A stretch of DNA of 64,000 nucleotides from assembly GCF_032444005.1 (NCBI RefSeq), contig NC_091286.1, positions 278,256,001 to 278,320,000 on the forward strand, written 5' to 3'. This DNA is from Ranitomeya imitator (taxonomy: Eukaryota). Below, one piece after another: positions 1-13,140 of this stretch. The stretch's first letter is position 1. Every line of letters starts with the position of its first letter. Position numbers and translations under genes: made by a program. The notes beneath the pieces were generated by a model that did not search any database, was not told the DNA's origin, and saw only the letters and a program-made list of their open reading frames with translations.

Positions 1-679
1 CATGGTGGTGGCAGTATCATGGTTAGGGCCTGCTTTTCTTCAGCAAGGACAGGGAAGATGGTTAAAATTGATGGAAAGATGGATGGAGCCAAATACAGGA
101 CCATTCTTGAAGAAAACCTGTTGGAGGTTGTAAAAGACCTGGGACTGAGATTTGTCCTCCAACAAGACAATGATCCCAAACATAAAGCAAAATCTACAAT
201 GGAATGGTCCACAAATAAACATATCCAGGTATTAGAATGGCCAAGTCAAAGTCCAGACCTCAATCCAATCGAGAATCTGTGGAAAGAGCTGAAAACTGCT
301 GTTCACAAACGATCGTCATCAAACCTCACTGAGCTCGAGCTATTTGCCAAGGAAGAACGGGCAAGAATTTCAGTCTGTCAATGTACAAAACTGATAGAGA
401 CAGACCCCAAGCAACTTGCAGTTGTAATCGCAGCAAAAGGTGGGGCAACAAAGTATTAAGTTAAAGGGGCCGAATAATATTGCACGCCCCACTTTTCAGT
501 TTTTAAATTTTCACAAAAATGTAAAATAGCCAATACATTTCGTTCAACTTCACAATTGTGTTCCACTTGTTGATGATTCTTCACAAAAAAATTTACATTT
601 GGTATCTTTATGTTTGAAGCATGATATGTGGGAAAAGGTTGAAAAGTCAAAGTGGGCTGAATACTTTCGCAAGGCACTG
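1..679 (+). mobile_element. Tc1/mariner transposon, 3' part (runs off window start)
   Basis: ORF 19..459 has QQDNDPKH and [15 protein letters not shown] motifs and ends GATKY. The element ends ...gcaaggcactg|TA at 679. Confidence 0.9.
19..459 (+). pseudogene. C-terminal fragment of Tc1 DDE transposase
   Basis: Second D and E of the catalytic triad are visible; the 5' part is outside the window. Confidence 0.85.
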
Positions 680-841
680 TAATCCCCAATTCCCTTGTCT
701 CCTGTAAACAATCAAAAATAATAAACAACCATATACTCTCCTGTCCACTATAGTCCTTGTAATCTAGAGTGTCCCACAGCGATTCCACTTGTAGAACAGT
801 CACATTGGAAGATGTCACTGCTCTAAATGGCCGCCGGTGAT

Positions 842-1040
842 ACACTGACAGGAGCGTCATCACTCCTGCAGTATATTGCACTGAGCTGCCGTGAGAGCGG
901 TCACATGAGTTCATCAGCTGATGAGCTCTGGTGTTCTCAATCACTGGGGCTCGTCAGCTGATGAACTCCAGTGAACGTTCGCTGCAGATCAGGGCTGCAC
1001 ACTGCAGGAGTGATTACACGCTCCTGTGTTAATGTGTAGC
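842..1040. repeat. Imperfect palindromic MITE-like remnant
   Basis: gagttcatcagctgatgagc pairs with gctcgtcagctgatgaactc, and caggagcgt..cactcctgcagt is mirrored by actgcaggagtg..cgctcctg. Confidence 0.5.
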
Positions 1041-2149
1041 CGTGTGTAATTGAGAGCAGTCTCATCAGTGGCTGCATTTAGAAAAAGCCGGTATACAAGT
1101 GAAACGCGTGTCAGGGACTTTTGTCCCAGTGATATTGTAAGTGCAGAATGTCAGAGCCGAGAAAATAACTTGATCGTTAGTTGTATAGATCGACATTTCA
1201 GTGACAGCCTTTGTATGAATACAAGCTCACTTGACACACTGACCAACACTGACATTTGTGGTCAGAGAAGGAGATTATGAATGCACAAGTCACAGTGATA
1301 TATGCTCACCTGCATTGGCCACACACATCCAGATACAGCTCCCGCCAGAGTCAACATGGCTGTTTAATCTTACTTTCAGTCATTGGCATATACCAATAAC
1401 TATTAGCGGTCTATTAACAAAGAGTGTATATAGTATTCTATCATTCACAATAATATAGTGAAATTGGAGATACAGTATCTCTAGGCTCATAGATTACAAT
1501 CAAATTTAACTTGGCTTCTAACTTTATAAGGGACAGTGATGTTTTATGAGGGGGATGATTATTATTATTTCTCTAATAATTTAACATCCTTCACTGCAAT
1601 TCATCGGGTATCAGCAGATCACAATATAATTACACAATATTTATGATCCAATTATATATCCCACATATCTATTTCTTAAAATGTATTTTATCCAATCATG
1701 AATAAAGGTTATATTTTATTACACATCCCTTTCCCCCTCTTCACCCCTTTTCTTTGCTCTGGCATCTAAACATAGGATGGTACTGGGAGGGGTGGGATCC
1801 CCTGCTGCCTTAGAGAGGAAGTCGAAACAAATTGTGTGATCTGTGCCTATTAGGCCTGTTGCACCTGGCTCACGGTTAATGATAATAATTTTATTTCTAT
1901 AGCGCAAACATATTCCACAGCACTTTACTATTAATTACATGAAAGTGAGGGCCCTGCTGGCAAGCTTACAATCTTAAGGACAAAAAAGGACATTTACTTT
2001 TATAGAAAATGCTTGAGTCTTGCCTCCCTACCCGCAGACCAGAAACACGAAGAGTATGGGAGATTGTTGTTACATGCCGTACAGCCCCTTTATTATTACT
2101 TTTGTCCCCTTGACAGCCTTGCCGATCACTTTTTTCTTGCCTTTTGATC

Positions 2150-4576
2150 ATTTTTTGATGGACATCCAGTTTTAGGTAATGTCACTGTTGTGCAAAATTT
2201 ATGCCACTTTTTGGTGTCTGTCTTCCCAAAGTTCCATAGTATATATAAAGCCAAATGTTACTACTGATAACTTTGAACAATGAGATCCCTTTGCTGTGTG
2301 ATAAGCTGTTTTAGGACCATGGCTTTAGCTGTAAAATGTCATTAAGAAAATGTCAGTAAAATCCAGTTAGAACAGCTAAACTTTATATGGAGTTAATCCC
2401 AATCACCTATGATGAAAGCAACACCATTCCTACTGTAAAGCACGGAGGTGGATCGCTGATGTTTTGGGGATGTGTGAGCTACAAAGGCATAGGAAACTTG
2501 TTCAAAGTTGAAGGAAAGATGTAAATGGATGCCTCATAACTATCTCCCTAATTCTGAAAATCACTTAGTTAGTTCTGTTGGTGCTAAATGTCTGCTGGGT
2601 CTTTTGGAATCGGGGAAAATAAGCGCTCCTAGTTTGCTGCCCATGGTTCGATTGGCGAGATCCACTTGGAAGAAAATTTAAAAAGTTACTGGATTTGGGG
2701 ACATTGTGGCCGAGATGCCTCTGTGGGATAACAGTTATTTCCCGACGTTAGTGAATCACCCATCTACAAAATTTTGGGTTTCCTACGGGGTTCTTTTGAT
2801 GGGAGATTTATATGATCAGGGGGTTTTTATGTCCTTTGAACAACTACAAAATAAATATGACCTTCCAAGGTCTCAATTTTTTCGATACCTGCAACTCAGA
2901 TCTGCCGTTCAGTCATTTGTCAGGAATGAGGGGATGAACCGTAACATCTCATCTTTACCTCTGATAGGTATTCTTAAGTCCCAGGGACCTCAGGGTCTTA
3001 TCTCGTCCCTATACACATATCTGCTATCAGCGGGAACGAACTTTGTTGTGGATTCGGTGAGAGGCAAATGGGAGGGGCTTTTTCCTGATATGCAAAGTGA
3101 GGAATAAGAGGATATTTTGGAATCCCCCCTCAGAGTCTCCCCATCAGCCAATAATAAGATGACCCAATTATATATAATCCACCAGTCATATTTGACTCCG
3201 TTGAGACTTTGTCGGATGGGTCGATACTCGACGTCGGAATTCTTGCGTTGCCACTCACCTGACGCTGATTTTATACACATGATATGGCAGTGCCCCATAG
3301 TCTCTCATTACTGGAGGGAGGTGACGTCATTATTAGCTTCAATACTGTCAATTCCGATTCCTCTTGAACCCTTAATTTGCCTGTTTGGAGTGTGGGACGA
3401 GGAGGCCTGGGAACACTATACGGGGATTTTTCTACGAGAAACACTTTTCTTGGCAAGGAAGTTGCTAGCTATGCGGTGGATGGGGAATTCACCCCCCTCC
3501 GTTAGGTCTTGGATTGAACTGGTGAATGCAGTTGTCCCCTATGAGCGCACTCTTTATCAAAATAGGGGCTGCCCGTATAAGTTCAGCAAAATCTGGGATA
3601 GATGGAACGCCTCTCATCTCACTCTGTGACCTGACTAATTGGGAGAAATGTGGTTTACCTGGTCCTTTGATCTGCAAATATTGCGCAATGGGAAAGGAAC
3701 AAAATAAATAATGTATTCAACTTTGGTTAAGTGGCGGCTTAGCAGTTCTGGAGGTTTAGTTTGGTTGTAGTTCAAGAACCCTATGTTCTGACTTTCATAA
3801 TTTAGTACATACGTTTTCTATATGTGAAATGATTGACATATGTATGTTCTGTCCTTTTCAATCCCTGTAATGTAACCGCGCAAATTAACGACAAGGACAA
3901 ATATGTATGCTGTAATTTTATTCTATGTTTAATAAATAAACAAATTAAAAAAAAAAAAAAGTTGAAGGAAAGATGAAAGCAGCATGTTATCAGCAAATAC
4001 TGGAGGCAAATATGCACTCATCAGCCCGGAAGCTGAGCATGAGACGTACTTTGACTTTCCTACATGACAATGATTCAAAAGACAAGGCCAAGTCGACCTG
4101 TCTTTGGCTACAGCAGAACAAAAGTAAAGGTTCTGGAGTGGCCATCTCAGTCTCCTGACCTCAATATCATTGAGCCACTCTGGGGGGCTATCAAGAGCTC
4201 AGTTCATGCTAGACAGCTCAGAAATTTACAGGAACTGGAGGCTTTTGCCAAGGAGAGTGGGCAGCTTTCCCATCTGAGAAAATAAATAACCTCATCCACA
4301 ACTACCACAAAAGACTTCAAGCTGTCATTGATGTTGAAGGGGCAATACACGGTATTAAAAAATGGGGTATATAAACTTTTGATCAGGGTCATTTGGATGT
4401 TTTGGGTTGTCATTATGATTTGAAAAGAGAAAACACAGTAGTTTGACAATAAATGGCTTCAGCCAACCACTAACCATGAGTGGAGAAAAAGTTTTGGTGT
4501 TATCATTCATATTCTATGAAAAAACTCCAAGAAAGCAAAAATTCTCCAGAGATATGTAAACTTTTCAGCACAACTG
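2150..4576 (+). mobile_element. Degenerate Tc1 element interrupted by an L1 insertion
   Basis: Transposase remnants on both sides of the L1 ([15 protein letters not shown] at about 2427-2475; ORFs 3973..4158 and 4064..4285 with WPSQSPDLN). 3' TIR ends cagcacaactg|TA at 4576. The left boundary is approximate. Confidence 0.8.
2521..3960 (+). mobile_element. 5'-truncated L1-clade LINE with poly(A) tail and TSD
   Basis: In-frame ORFs 2706..3107 and 3117..3629, separated by one TAA, encode an L1 ORF2 C-terminus with the zf-RVT motif (RCHSPDADFIHMIWQCP). AATAAA at 3931 and an A tail to 3960. TSD (aaa)gttgaaggaaagat at 2504-2520 and 3958-3974. Confidence 0.92.
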
Positions 4577-4592
4577 TATAATCCTGAGTGAT

Positions 4593-5050
4593 CAATTGCA
4601 TTCAGAAGCTAAATAATTAGTAAATTGATTCCACCTCTGTGTAACGTATTCTCAGTATAACTACAGCTATCCTTTGAAGGCCTCAGAGATTTGTTTGAGT
4701 ACATTAGGGATCATCCAGCATCATGAAAATCAAGGAACGCACCAGAAAGGTCAATGATAAATTTGTGTAGAAGAGTAAAGCAGCTCTACATTATAAAAAA
4801 TATCCCAAGCTCTGAACATCTTAAAAGCATTGTTCAATCCATCATCCAAAAATTGGAAAGAGTGTGGATCAACTGCAAGGAAAGCTCTAATTATAGAAGC
4901 AGCTAAGAGGCTCATGGTTATTCTAGAGGAACTGTAGAGATCTACAGCTCAGCTAGAAGAATCTGACCACAGGACAACTATTAGTAATATATTCTGCAAA
5001 TCAGATCTTTATGGAAAAGTTGCAAGAAGACATTTTTGAAGGCAAGCCAC
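4593..5050 (+). mobile_element. Degraded 5' fragment of a Tc1 element
   Basis: atcatgaaaatcaaggaacgcacc... start and HTH-region remnants; truncated at the following MITE. Confidence 0.6.
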
Positions 5051-5066
5051 AAGCAGTCCCTTTTTA

Positions 5067-5430
5067 AAGGGAACCTGTCACCCCGAAAATCGCGGGTGAG
5101 GTAAGCCCACCGGCATCAGGGGCTTATCTACAGCATTCTGTAATGCTGTAGATAAGCCCCCGATGTTACCTGAAAGAGGAGAAAAAGACGTTAGATTATA
5201 CTCACGCAGGGGCGGTCCCGCTGCTGGTCAGGTCGGATGGGCGTCTCCGGTCCGCTGCAGCGCCTCCCATCTTCATTACAAGACGTCCTCTTCTGATCTT
5301 CAGCCATGGCTCCGGCGCAGGCATACTTTGCTCTGCCCTCTTGAGGGCACAGGATAGTACTGCAGTGCGCAGGCGCCGGAAAGGTCAGAGGCCCGGCGCC
5401 TACGCACTGCAGTACTTTGTCTGCCCTCAA
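5067..5430. mobile_element. T2/Kolobok-type MITE (TTAA target), partial
   Basis: TTAA|AGGGAACCTGTCA terminus, identical to that at 58472. Internal hairpin ctgcagtgcgcaggcgccgg...ccggcgcctacgcactgcag. Confidence 0.7.
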
Positions 5431-6529
5431 CATGTTTGTTAAAAGCCCTGTAGTAGAGCTAATGGGTATGTCAGTGTCAGGTGTAACATCAGTGTAAGTC
5501 TGGTGTGTGCTGTTGTGCAGAGCAGAGGCCTGCAGAGCACTGGCTATGAGTGTGAAGCTGCACAGGCCAGCGGAGCCAGCAGCCAGGGCAGTTGAATAGC
5601 CTGACACCCGCAGTGTACCCAGCGATGCAAGCCGTCCACAATAACTGGTCTCGGATGTGGATATCCTGTGCCAATAGGTGAACCAGAGGTGGATGTCGTG
5701 TGCCCAAAGGAGGACTGGAATATTTAATGACTGCAAACAGGAGGACATGGCGCCCGGCTGCAATCCGGAGGATATCATGGACTGTGTGCGGCTGTGTGAG
5801 TAAAAGAAAGTAATGTAGTGGTGCGATCACCCATAGTAACTGGTCAGAGGAAGACTGGCATGTGTAGTGATCTGCAAAACTTAATGAGTAAAACTGTGTC
5901 TGAGAGACATTGACATGGCGTACGGTCGCCCACGGTTACTGGACAAGGAGAGGTCCAGCGTGTTTAGAGGCCACAAACTAATGAAATAAAGCTTTGTATA
6001 AGAGACTTTGATGCGGCGTGCAGTCGCCCCACGGAAACTGGACACAGGGAAATCTGGCGTGTTTAGGGACTGTGATTTGAAGCCGTGTACTATGTAGTGC
6101 TATGAATTGGTTTAAATTGAACACTAATGAAATGCACTTGTGTGAAATGGACTTTTACGTGTAAAGTAACACATTAAAAGAGACTTTTGTGTTTGAATTT
6201 TGTGGGTCACTGACTCTTCACTGCATACGATGGTACCGCTGCATTATAATATACATACATTTCAAAGAATGTAAGAAGTAGACCTCTAAAAAATTTTTAT
6301 GTGTGGGCATTATAAACATGCTCAAAACATTTATAGCAAGGGTAGCACAATCACCCTGTTGATATGGTGGTGGAGGATGATGACACATAAAAGTAGAAAT
6401 CCTCAAGCAAATAGACATGTTTGGGTGGGAAGGGGTGAATGGTAATAAACCAGAAAAAAATACTGGATTTGAGTTTATGTTCCGCTGCTGCTATCCGTTG
6501 GAGTAGAGAAGTCTGGCCCAATCCACCCC

Positions 6530-8330
6530 TTGTTCATTTTGATAAGAGTCAGTCTGACTGTGCCTGGTTGTAGGTTCAGGGGAGACAGCCATACTGTAGA
6601 TCAGTCTGGTCTGTTAGACCTTTCAACAACTCCGCAGCCATGTGTGGTTTGTCACCTAAGCAGATTAGCTTTAGCAAAGCTTGTTCTTGCTTGGCCAATG
6701 CATTGCTGCAGTGCTTCCAGCTTGCGACTGATTTTGATGTTTCTGAAGTGAGGAGGAGGAAGATGTACAGAAACTGCTGTAGAAGGTGAGAGCAACCCAG
6801 ATTTAATCAAGGCCCGCAATCCATGGTCTCGGTAGCATGTGTTCTATCCCAGGGTCCAACTGGGTTCCAACTTCCACAATGTTCACCCAGTGTGACATCA
6901 GGGAAATGTAGGTTCCATGCCCACGAGCATTTGTCTAGGCGTTCATGGTTAATTGGTCCTTCCCAGTAACAGCATTAGTCAGGGCATGCCTGATGCTATG
7001 GGACATGTGCTTATGTAAGCGGGGATGGCACACTCAGAAATAGTGGTGGTTGGGGAGTGAGTACCAAGGAAAGGCTGCCACCATGAGGTTGTCTCCACAA
7101 GCCTGTATGTCAACATTTCCAGGGCAAGCAGTCTGGAAATGTGGCCGTTTAGTATTGTAGCCTGTGGGGTGGTGGCTGCATATTTACGCTTGTTTCCCAA
7201 GGACTGGGGTAGGAACAAATAAACTCTGCACTGGGACAAGGATGGTTGCTGATGATGGTTGCAAGTGTGCAATGACAGGTACAGGGTGGGAGTCATCTTC
7301 TCCTACACAATAGACAGGGGATTGGCGTGCACAGAGAACAGGGGAAGAGGTAGTGGTGTCACCCTCAGACAGTGTTTCTTGACTCTGGCATTTGGTCCAA
7401 TTAGTCGGGTGCTTTGCTTCCATGTGCCTGAGCATGCTGGTGGTGGTCAGGTTGGTTGTTGCGCTGCCCCTGGTGATGATGGCATGGCAGATGTTGCAAA
7501 TGGCTGTTTTTGGGTTAACACCTTTGGCTTGGCAACTTTACACGTGTTGATGTTCTGGGGAACAGTTACCCACCTTGTGTTTCTGGCCACCCAACTGATT
7601 CTTCCGGCCTGTTGTGTTGCTGTGGATCCCTCCCTCTGTGCTTTGCTGTCCTCACTCTGCATGTCACCTTCCCGAGTTGGGTCAGTGACTTCATCGTTCA
7701 CCACCTCATCTTCCACTTCCACAGCCTGGTCCTCCTCCTGACTTGCTGACATAACACCACTTGTTGGCAAGTGTGTCTCATCATCATCTACCTTTGCGAC
7801 AGTAACTGCATTTTTCCACCATCACCTTCTTGTGAGCATGGCTGCTCACATATTTAGGCATTGCTACTTGTGATCTTTTCATGTCCCGCTTGAAATGCGC
7901 AGGGCAAGAGACTAGGATCTATAATTGGAAACGTGAACAGCTCTTTGGAGTGTCCAAGTGTGGGATTACTTGTCTCCGGGCACTCGGCATGGTGGGAAGA
8001 AGGAGGATCAGGGTGATTATTATGTGGTCCAGAATCACGGCTATTGATACTGGACTGTATAGTAGACAGGGTGGTGCTGGCAAAATCTCTGAAAGCATTA
8101 TCTGCTTTGCATCCAACAACCTTATCACACTGGTCTTGCTTTAAGAGTGGTGCTCTGCGCCCCCTACAAAATGGGACAAGAAACTAGATCAACATGATGT
8201 GTGTGATTGTTATGCTCACGCAGCAGGCACATGTTCACCCTGAAAGACCTCGGACTCTGCACTCACCATCAGCATCACGTCCACTTTCTCGTCCCTTCCC
8301 ATGCGCCTTGCCTATTTTAAATTAAGTATC
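6530..8330 (-). mobile_element. Degenerate hAT (BED-finger) transposase remnant
   Basis: Minus-strand fragments ...NTCKVAKPK... and MLRHMEAKHP resemble a BED zinc finger; downstream frames are disrupted. Family call is from motif resemblance. Confidence 0.55.
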
Positions 8331-8339
8331 CTATATCAC

Positions 8340-8960
8340 TGTTGAGAAAACATTGCAGTATTACTATCCCAGGAAAATTTGCCAACTTCCGATGGACTTA
8401 TTAGACTGCAGTATAAATATAGTGATGCTATTTCTAACCAAGCAAGTTTTTTGTTGTTGTTGTTTTGACACAGAACTGCAACACAATGAATGCCCTATAA
8501 AATACTACTGCTGAAAAAAATAGCAATAATGCAATCGCAGGAAAATTGGCCCACCTCATGTTTTTTCTTGGTTTGCGGGACAGCTGGAGCACGATAAACG
8601 CGTATAAAATTTTACTGCTGAAATAATTTGCAGTATTACAGCTGCAGGAAAATTAGCCCACTGCAGATGAACTTCTTAGACTGCAAGATCAATATAGCAA
8701 TGTTATTTCTAACTAAGCAACTTTTTTTTGTTTTGAGGCACAACTGGAGCATGACAAATGCCATATAACATTTCACTGCTCAAAAATATTGCAGTATTAC
8801 CATTGCAGGAAAATTTGCACACCTCATATGGACTGCCTGAGAAATATAGTGATGCTATTGAAATCCAACCAAGTCTAGATGTACGCTTTTAATGCACAAC
8901 TGCCACAATAAAAATGGTGTATAATACTTCCTGCTCAGAACAGTTTGCAGTATTAAGAGC
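8340..8960. repeat. Diverged subterminal repeats of about 130-270 bp spacing
   Basis: The gcagtatta...caggaaaatt(t/a/g)gc motif recurs at about 8356, 8531, 8630 and 8791. Confidence 0.55.
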
Positions 8961-9026
8961 GAAAAGAATATTATTAGCCCTGAGAAGGGATTTTGGTTTG
9001 AGTTGCAGGCTGCAGCATAAAGGACA

Positions 9027-11300
9027 TGTGAGTCGCCCGCCGGGCCGTGGGGTACTCGTTACCTGGTCTGTTACTTAAAGGGATGTGTCACAGCAGTGGT
9101 GACCCAGTCTGTGGCTTCTTAGCAAGGTCCTCTCAGTTATCTCTGTCCTTTATTGAAGTGGGACACAAACCCGTATGACAGGTGAGTCGAGCCTTTTACC
9201 AGAGTCTCTATCATGACTCGGGCACTATGTATCACTGTGTCTCCTGGGCATTAGGGCGGACAGGTTACTTGTAGTCTAGCTGTCCTACCAGTTTCTGGTG
9301 TGCCTCCTAGAGTATGACACAACCTCAGTCTTCCAGTTACTGTTATCTGCGCTCTATCAGAGAGGTAGCCTCAGACTGCTCCAGTCTGCTGTCTGGCACC
9401 AACGGGGGCTTTGAGAAGGAGGGGGTGCGCTTCCTGACACTTAAGATGGGTAAGCCTGCATTGTGTTACTAGTGGCATTTTGCCATTCATGCATATGGGG
9501 TACCTGAGGGACCCTGTACAGTGTATGTGCACTATCACTTTGTCAGCTATGTAAAGGTACATTGGGAGTGTTTTTCCCCCTCTTTGCTCAAATTCCGTCA
9601 TGCTTTTCCCTTATTGTCCCTCCTTAGGCTGCATTGTGCATACAGCACATTTTTGCGGCATTTGACTCATTTTGTATATGTTTGTTGGTATATTTTGTCT
9701 ATAATAAAATTACGATTGACATTTTTAATATAATTATGTCTTTGTGGACTTTATCACTCTGTTTTTTTGTGTTTATATCTGCGTTGAGTGGTCCCGGTGA
9801 TAGGACACCTTGTTGGTGTTTGGGGAGAGCAGAATTTTGTCGCTCTCAGATACATCGTACTTTGGTGCTTCTGGATTGTGCTAGTAATCATTGTCTGGCA
9901 CCAACTGTCTAAAGTTTCCTAACTGCCTAGCAACTAACTCCTCCTCCCGACCAGAGAGAGCAGCTCCCCTGAAGTCGGGTGCAGAGCTCCCCCTTCTGGC
10001 CTGGAGTCAGAACGGTGTTGCATGCACTAATTACCTGTTAAACGGAATCTTCCATCGCTTCCAAGCGTGACATCACTCTCCCCATTAGGAAACCAATGCC
10101 ACTGTGACAACAAGGACCCTGGGGCATCACACTCCCCCCCCGTTAAATCTAGTACTCCCAGGCTGGGAAAAGAAAACTACAGTTACAGGTTATTAAAAGG
10201 CATGCAAAATTTTTGTAAATACTGATAAACAGGTTAAACATATGTAAACTTGAGCTTCCCCTTATGGGAGGTATTTACATTAATAACATTTTTACATCTT
10301 GTTCTAGGGCAGGTCCTCAGGCCTGCATAATCCTGGACTGGAGGCCAGCTGGATCTTCTCCTTTGGGGCACTTGCATGGACTGCACAATTTTGGCTAAGG
10401 GCATAGTCCCGTATACTGTCATGTACCCTCTGTTTACATCCAAAGAATATAATTTTTACTATTGCTGCAGTGCGAGTGTCAAAAGTGTCCTTAAGTTTGG
10501 CAAATATCTGCTTAACAGTTTCTTTTCAATATCTGGCCAGGATTTTACTTCTCTTTGTGCTGTACCAAATAATTGGCCAGTTAGGATGCTGACTTTTTGT
10601 TGTTCCAACAGGGGGTACACCTGAAATAAGCTGCAGAGTCTTTCTTTAAAGTCATTAAGGGTGTGGGACTCCCCTGAATATTGTGGCAGCCAGACCGCTC
10701 CTGGTATATAGGGCATGGATAGCGGCATTATAGGAGATGTTACTATGGCTGGGTCCGGCCTATTTGCAGGAGCTGCAGGTACTGCGGGGACTGGTGGCAT
10801 TATGGGATCTGCGGCAGCGTGCACCGCTGGGCCTGGTGGCATCATGGAACTTGCGGATGCGACCGCCACTAGTCCTCCTACCAGGTCTGACATTTCCATT
10901 ACCCCGTGCTAGCCTTCAGATTGGCTGATGTCTCTCCTCTGGAGTCTGCAGCGGTTCCTCCTGTGCGCGGTAAGTCGCTCATTCCGGTCCTCCGTGCAGG
11001 GCTTTGCAGCGTCTTCACTTGCAGTCCTCCTGCACGGCGTCCTCACTTGCGGCTCACTTCAGGCTCCACCCACAATGGCACACCTCTCTTTTCCTGCTCT
11101 ACTCGCGGCGCTCTTTCTGGCGGCTGTTGGCGGTTATTTTCAAAGCAAAGTGCACGCATCATGTGGCAGTTATGGCGGCAAAGTCTTTTTAAAAATGAGA
11201 ATTGGGATCCTAATTAGTATAAAATCATATAAACCCAAAATCAATTTTATTAATTATGATTTAAAATGCCACCAACTTGTGGCTGCACCAAAATCTAGAA
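9027..11300 (-). mobile_element. Internally deleted Ty3/Gypsy element: 3' LTR-like segment (9027-10131), PPT and gag remnant
   Basis: TG...CA bounded segment with the purine tract (cccccccc on +) at 10132-10141. ORF 10459..10899 (WLPQYSGESHTLNDFKERL...QREVKSW) resembles a PNMA-type gag N-terminus. No pol is seen. Confidence 0.55.
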
Positions 11301-12577
11301 CAAACAAAAAAACTAAACACACCGTGAAAAAACTAGGGTGGGGAGGAGGACATTCCTTATATGATACCTAGGCTTGAAGCTGCCTGACAGCGGGGGTTGG
11401 CGCCCTAGGGGGAACGTTGTGGCGCCCCCGCTCAACGGCGGCTGGCCCGGGGGTCCCTAGAACGACCCTAGTATTCCCAAAGGGTCCCTCTACCCACACA
11501 GTGATGTACTAAAGGTACCCCTGTAAGCTATACATATAGCAACCTGAACCTAGGGAAACTTCAAACCCCACACCTGTGTATTAAAAACAATGAGAGAACA
11601 TGCATTTTCACACTTAATATGTGACTATTCTAGTATAACCTTACTTAAACAGATGATACTGTAATTGCCTCTATCAGCACTGTGGGGTGCACACACCAGC
11701 AGATGTCCACCATACCACATTCAGTCCAGTGTTATAATGAACACTTTTAGGACCAGATTTAATGTCCACCACCAGTCTGATGTCATACATATACTACCAA
11801 CTGAGACTCATGTATGTAATAAACCTGTGTCTCATACAGCCATGTCAAATTCCAGCCGGAATGCATTTCAAAGATAAAAGCACATGTACTCATCGTATAG
11901 TGAGGTGCCGTCCGCCTACTGTTCCTAAGTAGCCTCAACGCGTTTTGCCTCTCTGGCTCATCAGGAGGCTCGATTAATGATCATTTGTCTCGATGGTGCA
12001 GGATATATAAAAATCGCGATGTGATTTACCTCAATTTAACACAGCGCTGCTGTGTGACACGCAGATCCAGAGTGTGTTCCACTGTGTGCAGCCGCAAGGA
12101 TAGGCATTCGGTTCTACTAGTTAGAGATGAGCGCCTATTCTACTTCCGGATGCTACACAGGAAGTCCATCCTGGCGTCCTTTTCTGGCGGGTTCTGATTT
12201 AAATTGAGGTAAATCACATCGCGATTTTTATATATCATGCACCATCGAGAGTGCAAAAGTAGCTTTGAGAAGCAATGATTAGCTGATGATATAACGTAGT
12301 CACCCCGCAGTCCTGATCTGCATCTACTGTGAAGGCACAATCTACAAACATCATCAGCATGCTGCTCTTTAGCTATGTGCTGCTATGTAATTCTCTGCCC
12401 TGCTGTCTCTATGACCAACCATGCTGTTTAGTGCTCTGCCTTGGCTTCTTGCTTTATCATCCGTCTGCTCTGCCATAGTCTTCCTCTATCTCCTGTGTTC
12501 TGCAGTCAACATAGTGATTCCCCTCAGACATGCATATTCTAGAATACCCGATGCGTTAGAATCGGGCCACAATCTAG

Positions 12578-13140
12578 TATATAGATAATGTAGCCCCTCC
12601 ATAGAATACAATGTAGCCCTCCTCATATAGTATAATGCAGCCCCCATAGAATATAATGTAGCCCACTCAGAGTATAATGAAGCCCCCATACAATATAATC
12701 TAGCCCCCATAGAATATAATGCAGCCCCCCATAAAATATAATGCAACCCCTTAGAGTATAATGAAGTCCTGCATACAATATAATCTAGGCCCCATAGAAT
12801 ATAATACAGCCCCCATAGAATACAATGTAGCCCCCTCATGTAGTATAATGTAGCCCCCTATGCAATCACCCTTCATAGAATATATGAATATAATACAGCC
12901 CCCATAGAATATAATGTAGCCTCCCATAGAATTTAATACAGCCCACCTCCCATAGAATATAATGTAGCCTCCCATAGAATTTAATACAGCCCACCTCCCA
13001 TAGAATATAATGTAGCCCCCATAGAATATAATACATACCACCTCCCCATAGAATATAATGTACTCCCCATAGAATATAATACAGCCCACCTCCCCATAGA
13101 ATATAATACAGCCCCCCATAGAATATAATGTAGCCCCCCC
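12578..13140. repeat. Minisatellite (about 20-24 bp; ccccatagaatataatgtagc), left-arm copy
   Basis: Tandem degenerate units, the reverse complement of 24742-25353. Confidence 0.9.

Noticed and set aside
5430-6220. Possible LTR/gag-like fragment with three repeats of about 100 bp (5820, 5922, 6020)
   Set aside because: Termini and family could not be defined from the sequence.
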